Below, one piece after another: positions 61,901 through 64,000 of a stretch of 64,000 nt of DNA. Each line of letters opens with the position of its first letter. Within the stretch, counting starts at the first letter, position 1. Source of the DNA: Eledone cirrhosa (Eukaryota); NCBI GenBank assembly GCA_964016885.1, contig CAXHJY010000139.1, positions 1-64,000 of the forward strand, in the 5' to 3' direction. The position numbers and the translations under genes were made by a program. The notes below the pieces were generated by a model. The model searched no databases. It saw only the letters and a program-made list of their open reading frames with translations, and had not been told where the DNA came from.

Positions 61901-64000
61901 AGGATAGCTTAGCTTAGCTTAGCTTAGGAGAGCTTAGCTTAGCTTAGGATAGCTTAGCTTAGCTTAGCTTAGGATAGCTTAGCTTAGCTTAGGTAGCTTA
62001 GCTTAGCTTAGCTTAGGATAGCTTAGCTTAGCTTAGCTTAGCTTAGGATAGCTTAGCTTAGCTTAGCTTAGGATAGCTTAGCTTAGCTTAGCTTAGGATA
62101 GCTTAGGATAGCTTAGCTTAGGATAGCTTAGGATAGCTTACCTTAGGAGAGCTTAGCTTAGGATAGCTTAGCTTAGGATAGCTTAGGATAGCTTAGCTTA
62201 GGATAGCTTAGCTTAGGATAGCTTAGCTTAGGATAGCTTAGGATAGCTTAGCTTAGCTTAGCTTAGGATAGCTTAGCTTAGCTTAGCTTAGGATAGCTTA
62301 GCTTAGGTTAGCTTAGCTTAGCTTAGCTTAGGATAGCTTAGCTTAGGATAGCTTATGATAGCTTAGCTTAGGATAGCTTAGCTTAGGATAGCTTAGCTTA
62401 GCTTTGCTTAGGATAGCTTAGCTTAGCTTAGCTTAGGATAGCTTAGCTTAGCTTAGCTTAGGATAGCTTAGCTTAGCTTAGCTTAGGATAGCTTAGCTTA
62501 GCTTAGCTTAGGATAGCTTAGCTTAGCTTAGCTTAGTATAGCTTAGCTTAGCTTAGCTTAGGATCGCTTAGCTTAGCTTAGCTTAGGATAGCTTAGCTTA
62601 GCTTAGGATAGCTTAGCTTAGCTTAGCTTAGGATAGCTTAGCTTAGCTTAGGATAGCTTAGGATAGCTTAGCTTAGGAGAGCTTAGCTTAGCTTAGCTTA
62701 GGATAGCTTAGCTTAGCTTAGCTTAGGATAGCTTAGCTTAACTTAGCTTAGGATAGCTTAGCTTAGCTTAACTTAGGATAGCTTAGCTTAGCTTAGCTTA
62801 GGATAGCTTAGCTTAGCTTAGCTTAGGATAGCTTAGCTTAGCTTAGCTTAGGATAGCTTAGGATAGCTTAGCTTAGGATAGCTTAGGATAGCTTACCTTA
62901 GGAGAGCTTAGCTTAGGATAGCTTAGCTTAGGATAGCTTAGGATAGCTTAGCTTAGGATAGCTTAGCTTAGGATAGCTTAGCTTAGGATAGCTTAGGATA
63001 GTTTAGCTTAGCTTAGCTTAGGATAGCTTAGCTTAGCTTAGCTTAGGATAGCTTAGCTTAGGTTAGCTTAGCTTAGCTTAGCTTAGGATAGCTTAGCTTA
63101 GGATAGCTTAGGATAGCTTAGCTTAGGATAGCTTAGCTTAGGATAGCTTAGCTTAGCTTTGCTTAGGATAGCTTAGCTTAGCTTAGCTTAGGATAGCTTA
63201 GCTTAGCTTAGCTTAGGATAGCTTAGCTTAGCTTAGCTTAGGATAGCTTAGCTTAGCTTAGCTTAGGATAGCTTAGCTTAGCTTAGCTTAGGATAGCTTA
63301 GCTTAGCTTAGCTTAGGATCGCTTAGCTTAGCTTAGCTTAGGATAGCTTAGCTTAGCTTAGGATAGCTTAGCTTAGCTTAGCTTAGGATAGCTTAGCTTA
63401 GCTTAGGATAGCTTAGGATAGCTTAGCTTAGGAGAGCTTAGCTTAGCTTAGCTTAGGATAGCTTAGCTTAGCTTAGCTTAGGATAGCTTAGCTTAACTTA
63501 GCTTAGGATAGCTTAGCTTAGCTTAACTTAGGATAGCTTAGCTTAGCTTAGCTTAGGATAGCTTAGCTTAGCTTAGCTTAGGATAGCTTAGCTTAGCTTA
63601 GCTTAGGATAGCTTAGGATAGCTTAGCTTAGGATAGCTTAGGATAGCTTACCTTAGGAGAGCTTAGCTTAGGATAGCTTAGCTTAGGATAGCTTAGGATA
63701 GCTTAGCTTAGGATAGCTTAGCTTAGGATAGCTTAGGATAGCTTAGCTTAGCTTAGCTTAGGATAGCTTAGCTTAGCTTAGCTTAGGATAGCTTAGCTTA
63801 GCTTAGCTTAGGATAGCTTAGCTTAGCTTAGCTTAGGATAGCTTAGGATAGCTTAGCTTAGGATAGCTTAGGATAGCTTAGCTTAGGATAGCTTAGGATA
63901 GCTTAGCTTAGGATAGCTTAGCTTAGGATAGCTTAGCTTAGGATAGCTTAGGATAGCTTAGCTTAGGATAGCTTAGGATAGCTTAGCTTAGGATAGCTTA
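53375..64000 (+). repeat. Near-perfect tandem duplication, unit 5598 bp (53375-58972 / 58973 to beyond window end)
   Basis: Constant offset 5598: GGTA 53890/59488 and 56394/61992, GCCTA 54729/60327, TGATA 56758/62356, GTATA 56938/62536, GTTTA 57403/63001. Confidence 0.93.

Larger units (their letters stand above)
1..64000. repeat. Compound pentanucleotide satellite array (GCTTA)1-4(GGATA), extending past both window edges
   Basis: Every line parses into GCTTA and GGATA 5-mers with rare variants (GGTTA, GGAAA, GGAGA, GATTA, GTTTA, GCTTG, GCATA, CCTTA, ACTTA, GGATC, GGATT). There is no unique sequence and no orientation switch. Both main units are 40% GC. Confidence 0.99.

Noticed and set aside
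1-64000. Protein-coding ORFs
   Set aside because: The 5-bp period puts TAG in all three + frames about every 15 nt, and TAA recurs in all - frames. ATG on the + strand arises only from a few variants (e.g. near 3708, 4660, 11281) and is closed almost immediately.
1-64000. CRISPR array
   Set aside because: There are no unique spacers, no 23-50-bp repeat/spacer alternation, no leader and no cas genes.
1-64000. Canonical telomerase-made (TTAGG)n or (TTAGGG)n tract
   Set aside because: TTAGG is at most doubled and TTAGGG appears only at isolated variants (near 2918, 14030, 46176, 49055). Rare variants are inherited in kb-scale blocks.
1-64000. Synthetic binary message or sequencing noise in the A/B pattern
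   Set aside because: The A/B pattern and rare substitutions are co-duplicated at consistent offsets with nested divergence, as expected from natural satellite evolution.
1-64000. Embedded transposon, inversion or unique island
   Set aside because: No stretch departs from the pentamer frame for more than one or two units. Reverse-orientation TAAGC appears only through isolated point variants (e.g. GCTAA at 52765).
1-64000. A single fixed-length higher-order repeat across the window
   Set aside because: Marker-cassette spacing varies from 1684 to 9909 bp, so the structure is a mosaic of different duplications.
1-64000. Dense GATA motifs or G-quadruplex potential as a regulatory signal
   Set aside because: GGATAG does not fit the WGATAR consensus, and the G-tracts are only GG separated by 8 nt or more. 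No function can be supported.

Overview
The whole 64-kb window is one uninterrupted, single-orientation pentanucleotide satellite array. It is built from two 5-mers, GCTTA (A, major) and GGATA (B, minor), plus sparse point variants. In the other phase it reads TTAGC/TTAGG/ATAGC; the minus strand reads TAAGC/TATCC. I found no genes, RNA genes, transposons, CRISPR spacers or unique flanks, and stop codons recur in all frames. The array is structured. B is never doubled and is normally separated by 1-4 A units, giving a dominant 25-bp period (AAAAB or ABAAB). Rare variant units, used as markers, show nested duplications at 25, 150, ~285, 755, 2070, 2209, ~3470, 5128 and 5598 bp (tandem) and at ~8.9, ~9.3, ~13.1 and ~22.4 kb (longer range). 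The 5-bp frame breaks only at 17 identical 1-bp deletions (GGATA->GGTA) and one 2-bp insertion. It is most likely eukaryotic heterochromatic (centromeric, pericentromeric or subtelomeric) satellite. The organism and function cannot be determined from sequence alone. All offsets were counted by eye, not computed.
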